A stretch of DNA of 64,000 bases from Oscillospiraceae bacterium. Lineage in GTDB: Bacteria; Bacillota; Clostridia; Oscillospirales; Oscillospiraceae. Below the pieces are notes generated by a model, which was given only the letters and a program-made list of their open reading frames with translations, was not told the origin of the DNA and searched no databases. Shown here piece by piece: positions 8,337 through 17,085 of this stretch; position 1 is the stretch's first letter; every line of letters begins with the position of its first letter. A program made the position numbers and the translations under genes. The stretch spans positions 81,539-145,538 of the forward strand of contig JAFQZN010000008.1 of NCBI GenBank assembly GCA_017405865.1. The letters run 5' to 3'.

Positions 8337-9455
8337 TCAGCGGGCGACAGAAAAGTCGTCCCACGATACAGCCTCGTTGTACGGATTGAAATGCGCGTTG
8401 ATCAGATCAATATAGTCTTGATCCAGATCGACACAGACGTAAATATCATTGAAATAGAAGGGCATGACGGTGGAATACATCGACTCCGTCCCGCAGACGG
8501 CGGCGGATTCCGCCAGCCAGTAAAGCTCAGTCAGGGACAGGTCGGTCGTGCAGTTTTTTGCGATCTTGTAAAGCGCCGCCGGGAGCTTTATGAGGTTGCG
8601 CGGCCGCGCCCACTGGTCGATCGCCGCTTTGATAAACTCACGCTGGACGGCAACTCTGCCGATGTCGGCATTTTCGTAGCCGGAACGGAACCGGACGAGT
8701 CCCATCGCCTGTTCTCCGTCCAGCTCCTGCAGACCTGCGTCGAGCGCGATATGAAGCGCCTGCGCCGGATCGTCGTAGTACATGTCGAGCGGGACGTCAA
8801 ATTCCACGCCGCCGAACAGATCGACAAGTTCAACAAAAACGTTCAGATCGACGAGAATATAGCCGTCCGGCCGGAAGCCGATGCAATCGGCAGTATAATC
8901 CATCAGCGATTGCATCCCCTTTTCTCCGCAGCCGTTGGCAGCGTAAGCGGCGTTGATTTTATGCGGCGTATAGGAGGAATTAACCTTCGTATCGCGAGGA
9001 ATACTCATAACGTTCAGAGAACGGTTTGCGCGGTCGACCTGCAGCAATAAGATCGTATCCGTGCTGTTGCTTTCGGCGTCCTCACCGACCAGAAGCACCG
9101 TGCAGCAGTCTTCCTTTCTTCCCGCAGAACGGTAGGCCGGCGCATGAGAGAAAAAGTGAAACGCTGCGCCGGCAAGAATCAGCGCAAGCAGGAAAAACAG
9201 CAGTGTTTTCAGAAGGAATCTCAAAAGGCCGTGCTTCTTTTTGCGCGGCTTGACGGGAGGCTCATTGTATTGTGCCGCTGCTCGCTCCGGGAATACGAAT
9301 TGTTCCTGCTCGGAAATATCGTCGACGTCTTCATAGGGATCAGCTTCCGAAGGAAACATTTCCTCATACGCTTCTCCGTTATAATCCGCCGACTGCGAAT
9401 CGTCCCTCGGCGGAATCGGGCGCGGGATCCATTCTTGATTCGGTTTATAGCGCAT
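8337..9455 (-). CDS. LCP (LytR-CpsA-Psr) family cell-wall polymer ligase
   Basis: Acidic N-tail and TM helix, then TDTILL, SIPRDT, KINAAY, VRFR, DIGRVAVQ; ATG at 9455 with RBS GAGGTG. Confidence 0.92.
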   Translation of the reverse strand: MRYKPNQEWIPRPIPPRDDSQSADYNGEAYEEMFPSEADPYEDVDDISEQEQFVFPERAAAQYNEPPVKPRKKKHGLLRFLLKTLLFFLLALILAGAAFHFFSHAPAYRSAGRKEDCCTVLLVGEDAESNSTDTILLLQVDRANRSLNVMSIPRDTKVNSSYTPHKINAAYAANGCGEKGMQSLMDYTADCIGFRPDGYILVDLNVFVELVDLFGGVEFDVPLDMYYDDPAQALHIALDAGLQELDGEQAMGLVRFRSGYENADIGRVAVQREFIKAAIDQWARPRNLIKLPAALYKIAKNCTTDLSLTELYWLAESAAVCGTESMYSTVMPFYFNDIYVCVDLDQDYIDLINAHFNPYNEAVSWDDFSVAR

Positions 9456-9564
9456 ACGCTCACCTCTTAACCGTATTTTACAACAGATTGTTCGTCTTGT
9501 AAATAATGAAAACTGACGTCGCAGATTGCAAAAGAAATTTGTGCATTTTTTCGGAAGATTGCTG

Positions 9565-9593
9565 TTGACAATTCCATTCTGTGGCGGTATACT
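9565..9593 (+). promoter_or_regulatory. sigmaA promoter of nrdG-nrdD-trxB
   Basis: TTGACA-17-TATACT. Confidence 0.85.
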
Positions 9594-9602
9594 TGTCAAA
9601 GG

Positions 9603-9618
9603 ACACAAGATGTTGTGG
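9603..9618 (+). promoter_or_regulatory. NrdR box
   Basis: ACACAAGATGTTGTGG matches acaCwAtATaTwGtg at 13 of 15 positions, just after the -10; a weak half-site CCACAAAAT lies about 32 nt downstream. Confidence 0.75.
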
Positions 9619-9679
9619 TTGCCGTTCGACCTTTCCACAAAATAATCCAATCCTATTTTCTCGATTTTCGGAGGCATAT

Positions 9680-10360
9680 ATGCGTATCGGAGGCCTTCAA
9701 AAGCTGACATTACTCGACTTTCCGGGACATGTTGCCTGCACGGTCTTCCTGCAGGGCTGCAACTTCCGTTGCCCCTTCTGCCACAATTCCTCGCTGGTTC
9801 TTGGGACGGAGGCAATCTCCGAAGACGAGGTTTTCCGCTTTCTGAACACGCGGCAGGGTCTTCTGGACGGCGTCGCGATCACCGGCGGCGAGCCGCTTCT
9901 TTCGGCAGATCTGCCGGACTTCCTTCGGAAGGTCAAGGCTCTCGGCTATCAGACTAAAGTTGATACCAACGGCAGCTTTCCTGAGAAGCTGCGCAGCCTG
10001 ATTGACGAAGGGCTGGTCGATTACGTCGCGATGGACGTCAAAAACAGCCCGGAAAAGTACGCCGAGACGGCCGGCGCCGAGAGCGTACTGGATGCAGTCC
10101 GGCAGAGCGTTGATATTTTAATGAAAGGCGCAGTCCCCTGCGAGTTCCGCACCACGGTGGTCGACGAGCTGCACGAGCCGTCCGATTTTGAAGCGATCGG
10201 CAGATGGCTTTCCGGCGCGCAGCGCTATTTTCTGCAGGGCTTCGTTGATTCCGGCGATATTCTGCGCCCCGGCCTGCACGCGGCAAGCAAGGAAAAAATG
10301 AAGCAATGTCTGGAAGCAGTCATTCCCTATCTTCCCACGTCACAAATCAGAGGTTTATAA
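9680..10360 (+). CDS. nrdG: Anaerobic RNR activating radical-SAM protein (NrdG2 type)
   Basis: MRIGGLQKLTLLDFPG, CNFRCPFCHN CxxxCxxC, ITGGEP, VDTNG, MDVK, EFRTT. Confidence 0.95.
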   Translation: MRIGGLQKLTLLDFPGHVACTVFLQGCNFRCPFCHNSSLVLGTEAISEDEVFRFLNTRQGLLDGVAITGGEPLLSADLPDFLRKVKALGYQTKVDTNGSFPEKLRSLIDEGLVDYVAMDVKNSPEKYAETAGAESVLDAVRQSVDILMKGAVPCEFRTTVVDELHEPSDFEAIGRWLSGAQRYFLQGFVDSGDILRPGLHAASKEKMKQCLEAVIPYLPTSQIRGL

Positions 10361-10385
10361 TATTCAAGAATAGAGGAGAGTTATT

Positions 10386-12773
10386 ATGTATCAAGTAGTA
10401 AAGCGCAATGACAAGGTCGTGGATTTCGACCTGTCGAAGATCTGTGTAGCCATTCAGAAGGCGTTTGACGCCCTCGGCAAGGACTACAACAAGGACACCA
10501 TCGACTTCCTCGCGCTCAAGGTAACGGCTGACTTTGAGCCGAAGATCAGAGATGGCAAGATCGCCGTGGAGGACGTGCAGGACAGCGTCGAGACCGTTTT
10601 GAGCCGCGCAGGCTACGACGACGTTGCAAAGGCGTATATCCTCTACCGCCGTCAGAGAGAAAAGATCCGCAACATGAAGTCCACCATTCTCGACTACAAG
10701 GAGCTTGTGGACAGCTACGTCAAGGCGCAGGACTGGCGCGTGAAGGAGAACTCCACCGTCACCTACTCCGTCGGCGGCCTGATCCTCTCGAACTCCGGCG
10801 CGATCACCGCAAACTACTGGCTCAGCGAAATCTACGACGATGAGATCGCAAACGCGCACAAGAACTGTGACCTGCACATCCACGATATGTCCATGCTGAC
10901 CGGCTACTGCGCAGGCTGGTCCCTGCGTCAGCTCATCCAGGAAGGCCTCGGCGGCGTTCCCGGCAAGATCACCTCCGCTCCGGCGAAGCATCTTTCCTCT
11001 CTGTGCAACCAGATGGTCAATTTCCTCGGCATCATGCAGAACGAATGGGCAGGCGCGCAGGCGTTCTCGTCCTTCGACACCTATCTTGCTCCGTTCGTCA
11101 AGGTCGACAACCTGAACTACGACCAAGTGAAAAAGTGCGTCGAGTCCTTCATCTACGGCGTCAACACTCCGTCCAGATGGGGTACGCAGGCGCCCTTCTC
11201 CAACGTTACGCTCGACTGGACCGTTCCGGATGACATGGCGGAGCTGCCCGCGATCGTCGGCGGCAAGGAGATGCCCTTCAAGTACAAGGACTGCAAGGCG
11301 GAGATGGACATGGTCAACCGCGCCTTCATTGAGATCATGATCGAAGGCGACGCAAACGGCCGCGGCTTCCAGTATCCGATCCCCACCTATTCCATCACGA
11401 AGGAATTTGACTGGTCCGAGACGGAGAACAACAAGCTCCTGTTCGAGATGACAGCAAAGTACGGCACTCCTTATTTCTCCAACTACGTCAACAGCGATAT
11501 GCAGCCGAGCGACGTGCGCTCCATGTGCTGCCGTCTGCGTCTTGACCTGCGCGAGCTGCGCAAGAAATCCGGCGGCTTCTTTGGCAGCGGCGAATCCACC
11601 GGCTCGGTCGGCGTCGTCACGATCAACATGCCGAAGATCGCGTACCTTTCCAAGACGCCGGAGGAATTCTATAAGCGTCTGGATCACCTGATGGACATTG
11701 CCGCCCGTTCCCTGAAGATCAAGCGCACCGTCATTACCCGCCTGATGGAAGAGGGTCTGTACCCCTACACCAAGCGCTATCTCGGCACCTTTGAAAACCA
11801 CTTCTCCACCCTCGGCCTGATCGGCATGAATGAGGTCGGCCTGAATGCAAAGTGGCTGCGCAAGGACATGACGCACAAGGAAACGCAGGAGTTTACGAAG
11901 GAAGTTCTGAACCACATGCGCGAGCGCCTGTCCGACTATCAGGAGCAGTACGGCGACCTGTACAACCTCGAGGCGACCCCTGCCGAGTCCACGACCTACC
12001 GTCTTGCAAAGCATGACAAGAAGGACTTCCCCGACATCATCACCGCCAACGAGAACGGCACCCCGTACTACACCAACTCCTCTCACCTGCCCGTCGGCTA
12101 CACGGAGGACATCTTCTCCGCACTGGACGTGCAGGACGAGCTGCAGACGCTTTACACCTCCGGCACCGTCTTCCACGCCTTCCTCGGCGAGAAGCTGCCC
12201 GACTGGCGCTCTGCCGCAGCGCTGGTGCGAAAGATCGCGGAGAATTACCGCCTGCCGTACTACACCCTTTCCCCGACCTACTCCGTCTGCCGCGAGCACG
12301 GCTATATCACCGGCGAGCAGTACACCTGCCCGATCTGCGGCAAGCCGACCGAGGTCTACAGCCGTATCACCGGCTACTACCGCCCCGTGCAGAACTTCAA
12401 CGACGGCAAGGCGCAGGAATTCAAGGATCGTCTGGAATATAACGTTGCAAGCTCCATGAAAAACCGTTTCGGTACGCCGGAAGCTCCCGCGCAGAGCGAA
12501 ACGGAAGCACCTGCCGCTGCAGAAAGCTGCGGCGATGGCAGATTGGTTCTCTTCACCACGAGCACCTGCCCGAAGTGCGTCATGGCAAAGAAGTTCCTCG
12601 CCGACGCAGGCATTGCTTACGAGACGGTCGTCGTTGACGAAACGCCCGAGGCAGCGAGAAAGTACGGTGTGCGTCAGGCGCCCACCCTGCTGATCCTTGA
12701 CGGCGACAAGGAAATCGAGCGCGTGGAGAATCCCTCCAACATCCGCGCCTTTGCGGACGCACACAAGGCGTAA
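10386..12773 (+). CDS. nrdD: Class III ribonucleotide reductase with N-terminal ATP cone and fused C-terminal glutaredoxin/NrdH-like domain
   Basis: ATP cone, YCAG, SMCCRL loop, CREHG..CPICG Zn site, YSRITGY glycyl-radical loop; then an Ala/Pro/Glu linker and LFTTSTCPKC...QAPTL. Confidence 0.95.
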   Translation: MYQVVKRNDKVVDFDLSKICVAIQKAFDALGKDYNKDTIDFLALKVTADFEPKIRDGKIAVEDVQDSVETVLSRAGYDDVAKAYILYRRQREKIRNMKSTILDYKELVDSYVKAQDWRVKENSTVTYSVGGLILSNSGAITANYWLSEIYDDEIANAHKNCDLHIHDMSMLTGYCAGWSLRQLIQEGLGGVPGKITSAPAKHLSSLCNQMVNFLGIMQNEWAGAQAFSSFDTYLAPFVKVDNLNYDQVKKCVESFIYGVNTPSRWGTQAPFSNVTLDWTVPDDMAELPAIVGGKEMPFKYKDCKAEMDMVNRAFIEIMIEGDANGRGFQYPIPTYSITKEFDWSETENNKLLFEMTAKYGTPYFSNYVNSDMQPSDVRSMCCRLRLDLRELRKKSGGFFGSGESTGSVGVVTINMPKIAYLSKTPEEFYKRLDHLMDIAARSLKIKRTVITRLMEEGLYPYTKRYLGTFENHFSTLGLIGMNEVGLNAKWLRKDMTHKETQEFTKEVLNHMRERLSDYQEQYGDLYNLEATPAESTTYRLAKHDKKDFPDIITANENGTPYYTNSSHLPVGYTEDIFSALDVQDELQTLYTSGTVFHAFLGEKLPDWRSAAALVRKIAENYRLPYYTLSPTYSVCREHGYITGEQYTCPICGKPTEVYSRITGYYRPVQNFNDGKAQEFKDRLEYNVASSMKNRFGTPEAPAQSETEAPAAAESCGDGRLVLFTTSTCPKCVMAKKFLADAGIAYETVVVDETPEAARKYGVRQAPTLLILDGDKEIERVENPSNIRAFADAHKA

Positions 12774-12784
12774 GAGGGCTTTGT

Positions 12785-13687
12785 ATGTATGATATTATCA
12801 TCGTCGGCGCAGGTCCTGCGGGTCTGACCGCAGCGATCTACGCGCGGCGCGCCGGAAAGAGCGTCCTCGTACTGGAAAAGGACACCTTCGGCGGGCAGGT
12901 CACCTTCTCCCCGAAGCTGGAAAACTATCCGGGATTTCAGGAGATCAGCGGCAACGAGCTGGCGCAGAAAATGCTTGAGCAGGCGCTCGCGCTCGGCGCG
13001 GACGTCGATATGGATAACGTGACAGACGTTATTGGCGGCAATGTGAAAACCGTTATCGGCGAAAATGCGACGTACGAGGCGAAGGCCGTCATCATTGCAG
13101 CGGGCGCACGGCACCGCAGACTGGGTCTTCCCCGTGAAGAGGAACTAATCGGAAACGGCATCTCCTTCTGCGCGGTCTGCGACGGCGCGTTCTACAAGGG
13201 GCAGCACGTCGCCGTGATCGGCGGCGGCAATACCGCCCTGCAGGAGATCCTGCTCCTGTCCGAGGTCTGCAGCAAGGTCACGGTCGTGCAGAATCTCGCC
13301 TTCCTGACCGGCGAGCAGAAGATGATCGACGCGGTGCAGTCCAGAGAAAACGTTGACGTGATCTATTCCACCGTCGTCACCGCCTACGAGGGCGAAAGCA
13401 GCCTGACCGCGCTCCGTCTGATCAACACCGAGACGAACGAGGAAAGCCGCCTGGAAGTGGACGGCGCCTTCCTCGCCATCGGCACGGTGCCGGAAAACGG
13501 CGCGTATCAGAAGGTCGCAAAGATCAACGAGCAAGGCTATATCGAAGCGGACGAGCGCTGCATGACGAATACGCCCGGCGTCTTCGTCGCAGGCGACTGC
13601 CGGACGAAGACCTACCGTCAGGTCGCCACGGCGATTGCAGACGGCGCAGCCGCCGCGCTCAACGCCTGCCGCTATCTCGATGCATGA
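12785..13687 (+). CDS. trxB: Thioredoxin reductase-like flavoprotein with atypical nucleotide-binding motif
   Basis: GAGPAG, ENYPGF, FCAVCDG, GGGNTA, GVFVAGD, QVATAIADG; the HRR position reads QNL. Confidence 0.88.
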   Translation: MYDIIIVGAGPAGLTAAIYARRAGKSVLVLEKDTFGGQVTFSPKLENYPGFQEISGNELAQKMLEQALALGADVDMDNVTDVIGGNVKTVIGENATYEAKAVIIAAGARHRRLGLPREEELIGNGISFCAVCDGAFYKGQHVAVIGGGNTALQEILLLSEVCSKVTVVQNLAFLTGEQKMIDAVQSRENVDVIYSTVVTAYEGESSLTALRLINTETNEESRLEVDGAFLAIGTVPENGAYQKVAKINEQGYIEADERCMTNTPGVFVAGDCRTKTYRQVATAIADGAAAALNACRYLDA

Positions 13688-13689
13688 TT

Positions 13690-13726
13690 AAAAACGGACT
13701 TCTCATAATAAGAGAAGTCCGTTTTT
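13690..13726. terminator. Bidirectional intrinsic terminator ending the nrd operon
   Basis: 15-bp perfect stem AAAAACGGACTTCTC/GAGAAGTCCGTTTTT. Confidence 0.9.
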
Positions 13727-13738
13727 GTCGGTGTCGTA

Positions 13739-14293
13739 TTACTCTGCGGAAGATTCCTCGGTTTTCTCTTCTCGCAGCTCTGCACCGTAGCGGCAGATGA
13801 CCGAGGTGACGATCATCATCACGCCCAAGCCGAGAGAAGTAAAACGGTCAAGCGTAAGCTCGTTCATCTCCGGATGTGCCGCAGTTACAGCAGCAATACC
13901 GATGGAGCAGACGATCGCCGTGCAGATCGGAATCACGATGGCAAGGATGCCCAAACGCTTCAGCTCCTTCGCGCCGCGCGTCGTAAAGGGCGTTCCGTCA
14001 GCCAGCTCGTTACGAAAATAAATCTCTGCGAATTTGGAGAGAACGGCCTCCGAAGCGCACAGCACCATACCGACGCCTATCTCGGTATAGAGCGCAGCTG
14101 TACTCAAGCCGGCTTTATTCTCGATGATGCTGCGGATGGTAACGCCGCCGACCTTGAAGCTCTCAAATCCGGCAATCAGACTGATCAGACCGACAATGCA
14201 GATGCAGAAGCAGACGATGCAGAGAATAAAAATAATCTTGCTGAAGATTCTTCCGATCTTTGCCAGCACCTGAATGGTCTTTAACGATTTCAT
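13739..14293 (-). CDS. Membrane protein, DUF2975-like
   Basis: Four hydrophobic segments and GTPFT..AKELKRLG; own RBS AGGAGGAG and TTGACA-17-TATAAT promoter (14330-14358). Confidence 0.65.
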   Translation of the reverse strand: MKSLKTIQVLAKIGRIFSKIIFILCIVCFCICIVGLISLIAGFESFKVGGVTIRSIIENKAGLSTAALYTEIGVGMVLCASEAVLSKFAEIYFRNELADGTPFTTRGAKELKRLGILAIVIPICTAIVCSIGIAAVTAAHPEMNELTLDRFTSLGLGVMMIVTSVICRYGAELREEKTEESSAE

Positions 14294-14511
14294 ATGCAGC
14301 TCCTCCTGTAAAGTAACTTTGCACTTTGCATTATAATGAATCCGTCGTTTCTTGTCAAGTCAAATCACCTTTCGTGTGATTCCGCTCACCAAATAAGCGA
14401 CCTCTGCCAAATTCAACAATAATTGTCATTGATAATCGTTCAAATAACGGTGAAACTACGGATGAGGTCATCAAACCGTATTGATGACTGAAACTGTAAA
14501 AGGAGATGACA

Positions 14512-14709
14512 ATGATGAAGAGTAACAGCCAGATCAACGTTCCGGAAGCACGCGATGCGATGGACAAGTTCAAGATGGAAGCTGCCAACGAGGTTGGCGT
14601 CAACCTGAAGAACGGCTATAACGGCGACCTGACCTCCCGCGAGGCCGGTTCCGTCGGCGGCCAGATGGTCAAGAAGATGATCGAGTCCTACGAGCGCAAC
14701 ATGAAGTAA
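14512..14709 (+). CDS. Alpha/beta-type small acid-soluble spore protein
   Basis: VPEA..AMDKFKMEAANEVGV..NGDLTSREAGSVGGQMVKKMI; start chosen 7 nt after AAAGGAG. Confidence 0.97.
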   Translation: MMKSNSQINVPEARDAMDKFKMEAANEVGVNLKNGYNGDLTSREAGSVGGQMVKKMIESYERNMK

Positions 14710-14715
14710 TCAGCA

Positions 14716-14750
14716 ATAAGCCGGTGACTTTCGATGAGTCACCGGCTTAT
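14716..14750. terminator. Hairpin terminator shared by the SASP gene and the aryl-acid operon
   Basis: 14-bp perfect stem ATAAGCCGGTGACT/AGTCACCGGCTTAT. Confidence 0.8.
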
Positions 14751-14758
14751 CCTATCCG

Positions 14759-15187
14759 TCAGTGCAGCCCGATTTCCTCCGGGTCGATGATGCGGATGCC
14801 GTTATTTTCCAGCAGGGCGATCAGCCGCGCTTCATCGGAGACACGGAAGACCATATAAGCGTCTTCCCTGCCGCGGTTAAAGAGCGAGTACATATACTCA
14901 ATGTCGATCTGCGCGCCTGCCATCAGCTCCAGAACGTTCGAAAGCGCGCCGGGAACGTCAGGAACGGCAACAATCACGACGTCGTTAATCTTGATAATGC
15001 AATGCTGGTCGGTCAGCGCTTCTTTTGCCGTGCTGATGTCGTCAACGAGCATGCGGAGTATGCCGAAATCCGTCGTATCGGCAATGGAGAGCGCGCGGAT
15101 ATCCACGCCCGCCTCGTGCAGAGCGCGGGTGATCGCGGCGATTTTGCCGGCCTTATTCTGCAGAAAAACGGAAAGCTGCGGTACCAT
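14759..15187 (-). CDS. Tandem ACT-domain protein (COG4747-like)
   Basis: QLSVFLQNKAGKIAAITRAL..DIRALSIADTTDFGILRM; second ACT repeat VPDVPGALSNVL. Confidence 0.9.
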   Translation of the reverse strand: MVPQLSVFLQNKAGKIAAITRALHEAGVDIRALSIADTTDFGILRMLVDDISTAKEALTDQHCIIKINDVVIVAVPDVPGALSNVLELMAGAQIDIEYMYSLFNRGREDAYMVFRVSDEARLIALLENNGIRIIDPEEIGLH

Positions 15188-15200
15188 ATTGCTTACCTCC

Positions 15201-16508
15201 TTAATCCAAGAGCTTGCGCTTATCTATGACGCGAACGGCCTTTCCTTCGGAGCGCGGGATGGTATTCGGCTCCACCAGAGAAACCTTTGCGCCGATGCCG
15301 AGCAGGGTGCGAAGCGCAGCCTCCAGCTCCTTCGCGCGCTGGGCCAGACCGCGAACAGTGTCGGAGAAGATCTCGTTACTGATCTCAACCTGCACCTCAA
15401 TGCTGTCCGTATGATTCGCGCGGTCGACGACGATCTGATAGTTTGCGGTGTAGCCCTGATCAAGCAGGACCGTTTCGATCTGTGACGGGAAGACATTGAC
15501 GCCGCGAATGATGAGCATATCGTCCGTTCTGCCGCGCGGCTTTGTCATTTTGACCAGCGTACGGCCGCAGGAGCATTTTGCTCTCGTGATCACGCCGATG
15601 TCGCGGGTGCGGTAGCGCAGGATCGGGAACGCCTCCTTCGTGATGCAGGTGAATACCAGCTCGCCTTGTGTCCCCTCCGGCAGCACCTCGCCGGTATCAG
15701 GGTCAATGACCTCGACGATGAAGTGATCCTCGTTGATATGCATTCCGGTCTGCTCGCAGCATTCAAACGCGACGCCGGGGCCCATCACCTCGGTCAGTCC
15801 GTAGATGTCATAGGCCTTCAAGCCGAGCTTCTCTTCGATCTGACGGCGCATTTCATTCGTCCACGGCTCTGCGCCGAAGATGCCTGCCTTGAGCGAAATG
15901 TCGTCCTTTGTCATGCCGCTTGCCTCCAGTACCTCCGCAAGATGCAGCGCGTAGGAAGGCGTACTGCACAGGACGGTGCTGCCGAAGTCGTGCATGATGG
16001 TGATCTGCCTTTGGGTATTGCCCGTAGAGGCCGGGATCGCTGTCGCGCCGAGGCGCATCGCGCCGCCGTCCGCGCCGAGACCGCCGGTGAACAGGCCGTA
16101 GCCGTAGGAGACCTGCACGATATCCTCATCCGTGCAGCCTGCGGCAGTCAGCGCTCTGGCGCAGCAATCCGCCCAGATGTCAAGATCCTTTTTTGTGTAA
16201 CCGACGACGATCTGCTTGCCTGTCGTGCCGGACGACGCGTGGATACGGACAACGTCCTTCATCGGCACGGCGAACAGCCCGTACGGGTAAGTGTCGCGCA
16301 GGTCCTTTTTGTAGCTGAAGGGCAGCTTGTGCAGGTCGTCGATCGAATGAATATCGTCCGGCGTAACGCCTGACTCGATCATTTTATCGCGATAGAATGG
16401 GACGTTTTCATAAACGCGCCTTACCGTCGCGACCAGACGCTCGTTCTGCAGAGAAACGATCGTTTCCCTCGAAGCAGTTTCAATTTCTTTCTGATAATAT
16501 CTTTCCAT
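15201..16508 (-). CDS. paaK: Phenylacetate-CoA ligase family (aryl-acetate CoA ligase)
   Basis: [61 protein letters not shown]. Confidence 0.93.
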   Translation of the reverse strand: MERYYQKEIETASRETIVSLQNERLVATVRRVYENVPFYRDKMIESGVTPDDIHSIDDLHKLPFSYKKDLRDTYPYGLFAVPMKDVVRIHASSGTTGKQIVVGYTKKDLDIWADCCARALTAAGCTDEDIVQVSYGYGLFTGGLGADGGAMRLGATAIPASTGNTQRQITIMHDFGSTVLCSTPSYALHLAEVLEASGMTKDDISLKAGIFGAEPWTNEMRRQIEEKLGLKAYDIYGLTEVMGPGVAFECCEQTGMHINEDHFIVEVIDPDTGEVLPEGTQGELVFTCITKEAFPILRYRTRDIGVITRAKCSCGRTLVKMTKPRGRTDDMLIIRGVNVFPSQIETVLLDQGYTANYQIVVDRANHTDSIEVQVEISNEIFSDTVRGLAQRAKELEAALRTLLGIGAKVSLVEPNTIPRSEGKAVRVIDKRKLLD

Positions 16509-16510
16509 AT

Positions 16511-17083
16511 CTACGATTTCGCTCCCAAAGCAAATGCTTTACGGTTCATTTCCAGGAATTTCGGTGGGACGCTCTGTTCGATCGCCTGCTGCCATTCCTC
16601 TTCTGAAAAGTCAAAATACCGTGACAATCTGCCCATCAGGACGAGGTTGACGGCCTTGGACGAGCCTGCCTCTTTCGCAAGAGAAAGCGCGTCGAAGGCG
16701 TCGACCCTGCAGCCTGCGGTCTCCATTTTTGCAACAAGCTCCGAAGGATATTCCGCAGCGCCCGTGATGACCGGCATCGGATTGATTCTCTGGGTGTTCG
16801 TGACGATCGTGCCGTCGGGACGCAGGTACTGCGTCCAGCGAGCAGCCTCCAAAAGCTCAAACGAAACGATAATGTCGGCCTCGCCGGTATCAATGATCGG
16901 AGAATATACTTTCTCGCCGTAGCGGACATAGGTGACGACACTGCCGCCTCGCTGGCTCATGCCGTGAACCTCGGAAACCTTCACGTCATAGCCGCGCTGC
17001 AGCAGGAGCTTGCCGAGCAGCTTGCTCGCCAGCAGACTTCCCTGCCCGCCGACGCCGACGATCATAATGTTTTTCGTTTTCAT
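16511..17083 (-). CDS. iorB: Indolepyruvate/aryl-pyruvate:ferredoxin oxidoreductase beta subunit
   Basis: [35 protein letters not shown]; true start ATG 17083 (the ORF-track extension overlaps iorA). Confidence 0.95.
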   Translation of the reverse strand: MKTKNIMIVGVGGQGSLLASKLLGKLLLQRGYDVKVSEVHGMSQRGGSVVTYVRYGEKVYSPIIDTGEADIIVSFELLEAARWTQYLRPDGTIVTNTQRINPMPVITGAAEYPSELVAKMETAGCRVDAFDALSLAKEAGSSKAVNLVLMGRLSRYFDFSEEEWQQAIEQSVPPKFLEMNRKAFALGAKS

Positions 17084-17085
17084 GA

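Noticed and set aside
10347-12764. 805-aa minus-strand ORF opposite nrdD
   Set aside because: Codon-aligned antisense frame left open by strong GC3 bias; no RBS or motif support. The same applies to 4576-5040, 8391-9050, 17404-18633, 18870-20495, 21016-22410, 30704-31654, 35321-37504, 42891-44039, 52602-55133 and 57578-58540.
14429-14458. Possible sigmaF/G promoter for the SASP gene (GGTGAAACTA -10)
   Set aside because: The -35 match is poor; plausible but not supportable.
14455-14500. Hammerhead-ribozyme-like CGGAUGAG-stem-UGAAAC upstream of the SASP gene
   Set aside because: Core deviates (U4->G, C11.1->U), and no stem I or III can pair around an NUH site; better read as a simple 8-bp 5'-UTR hairpin.
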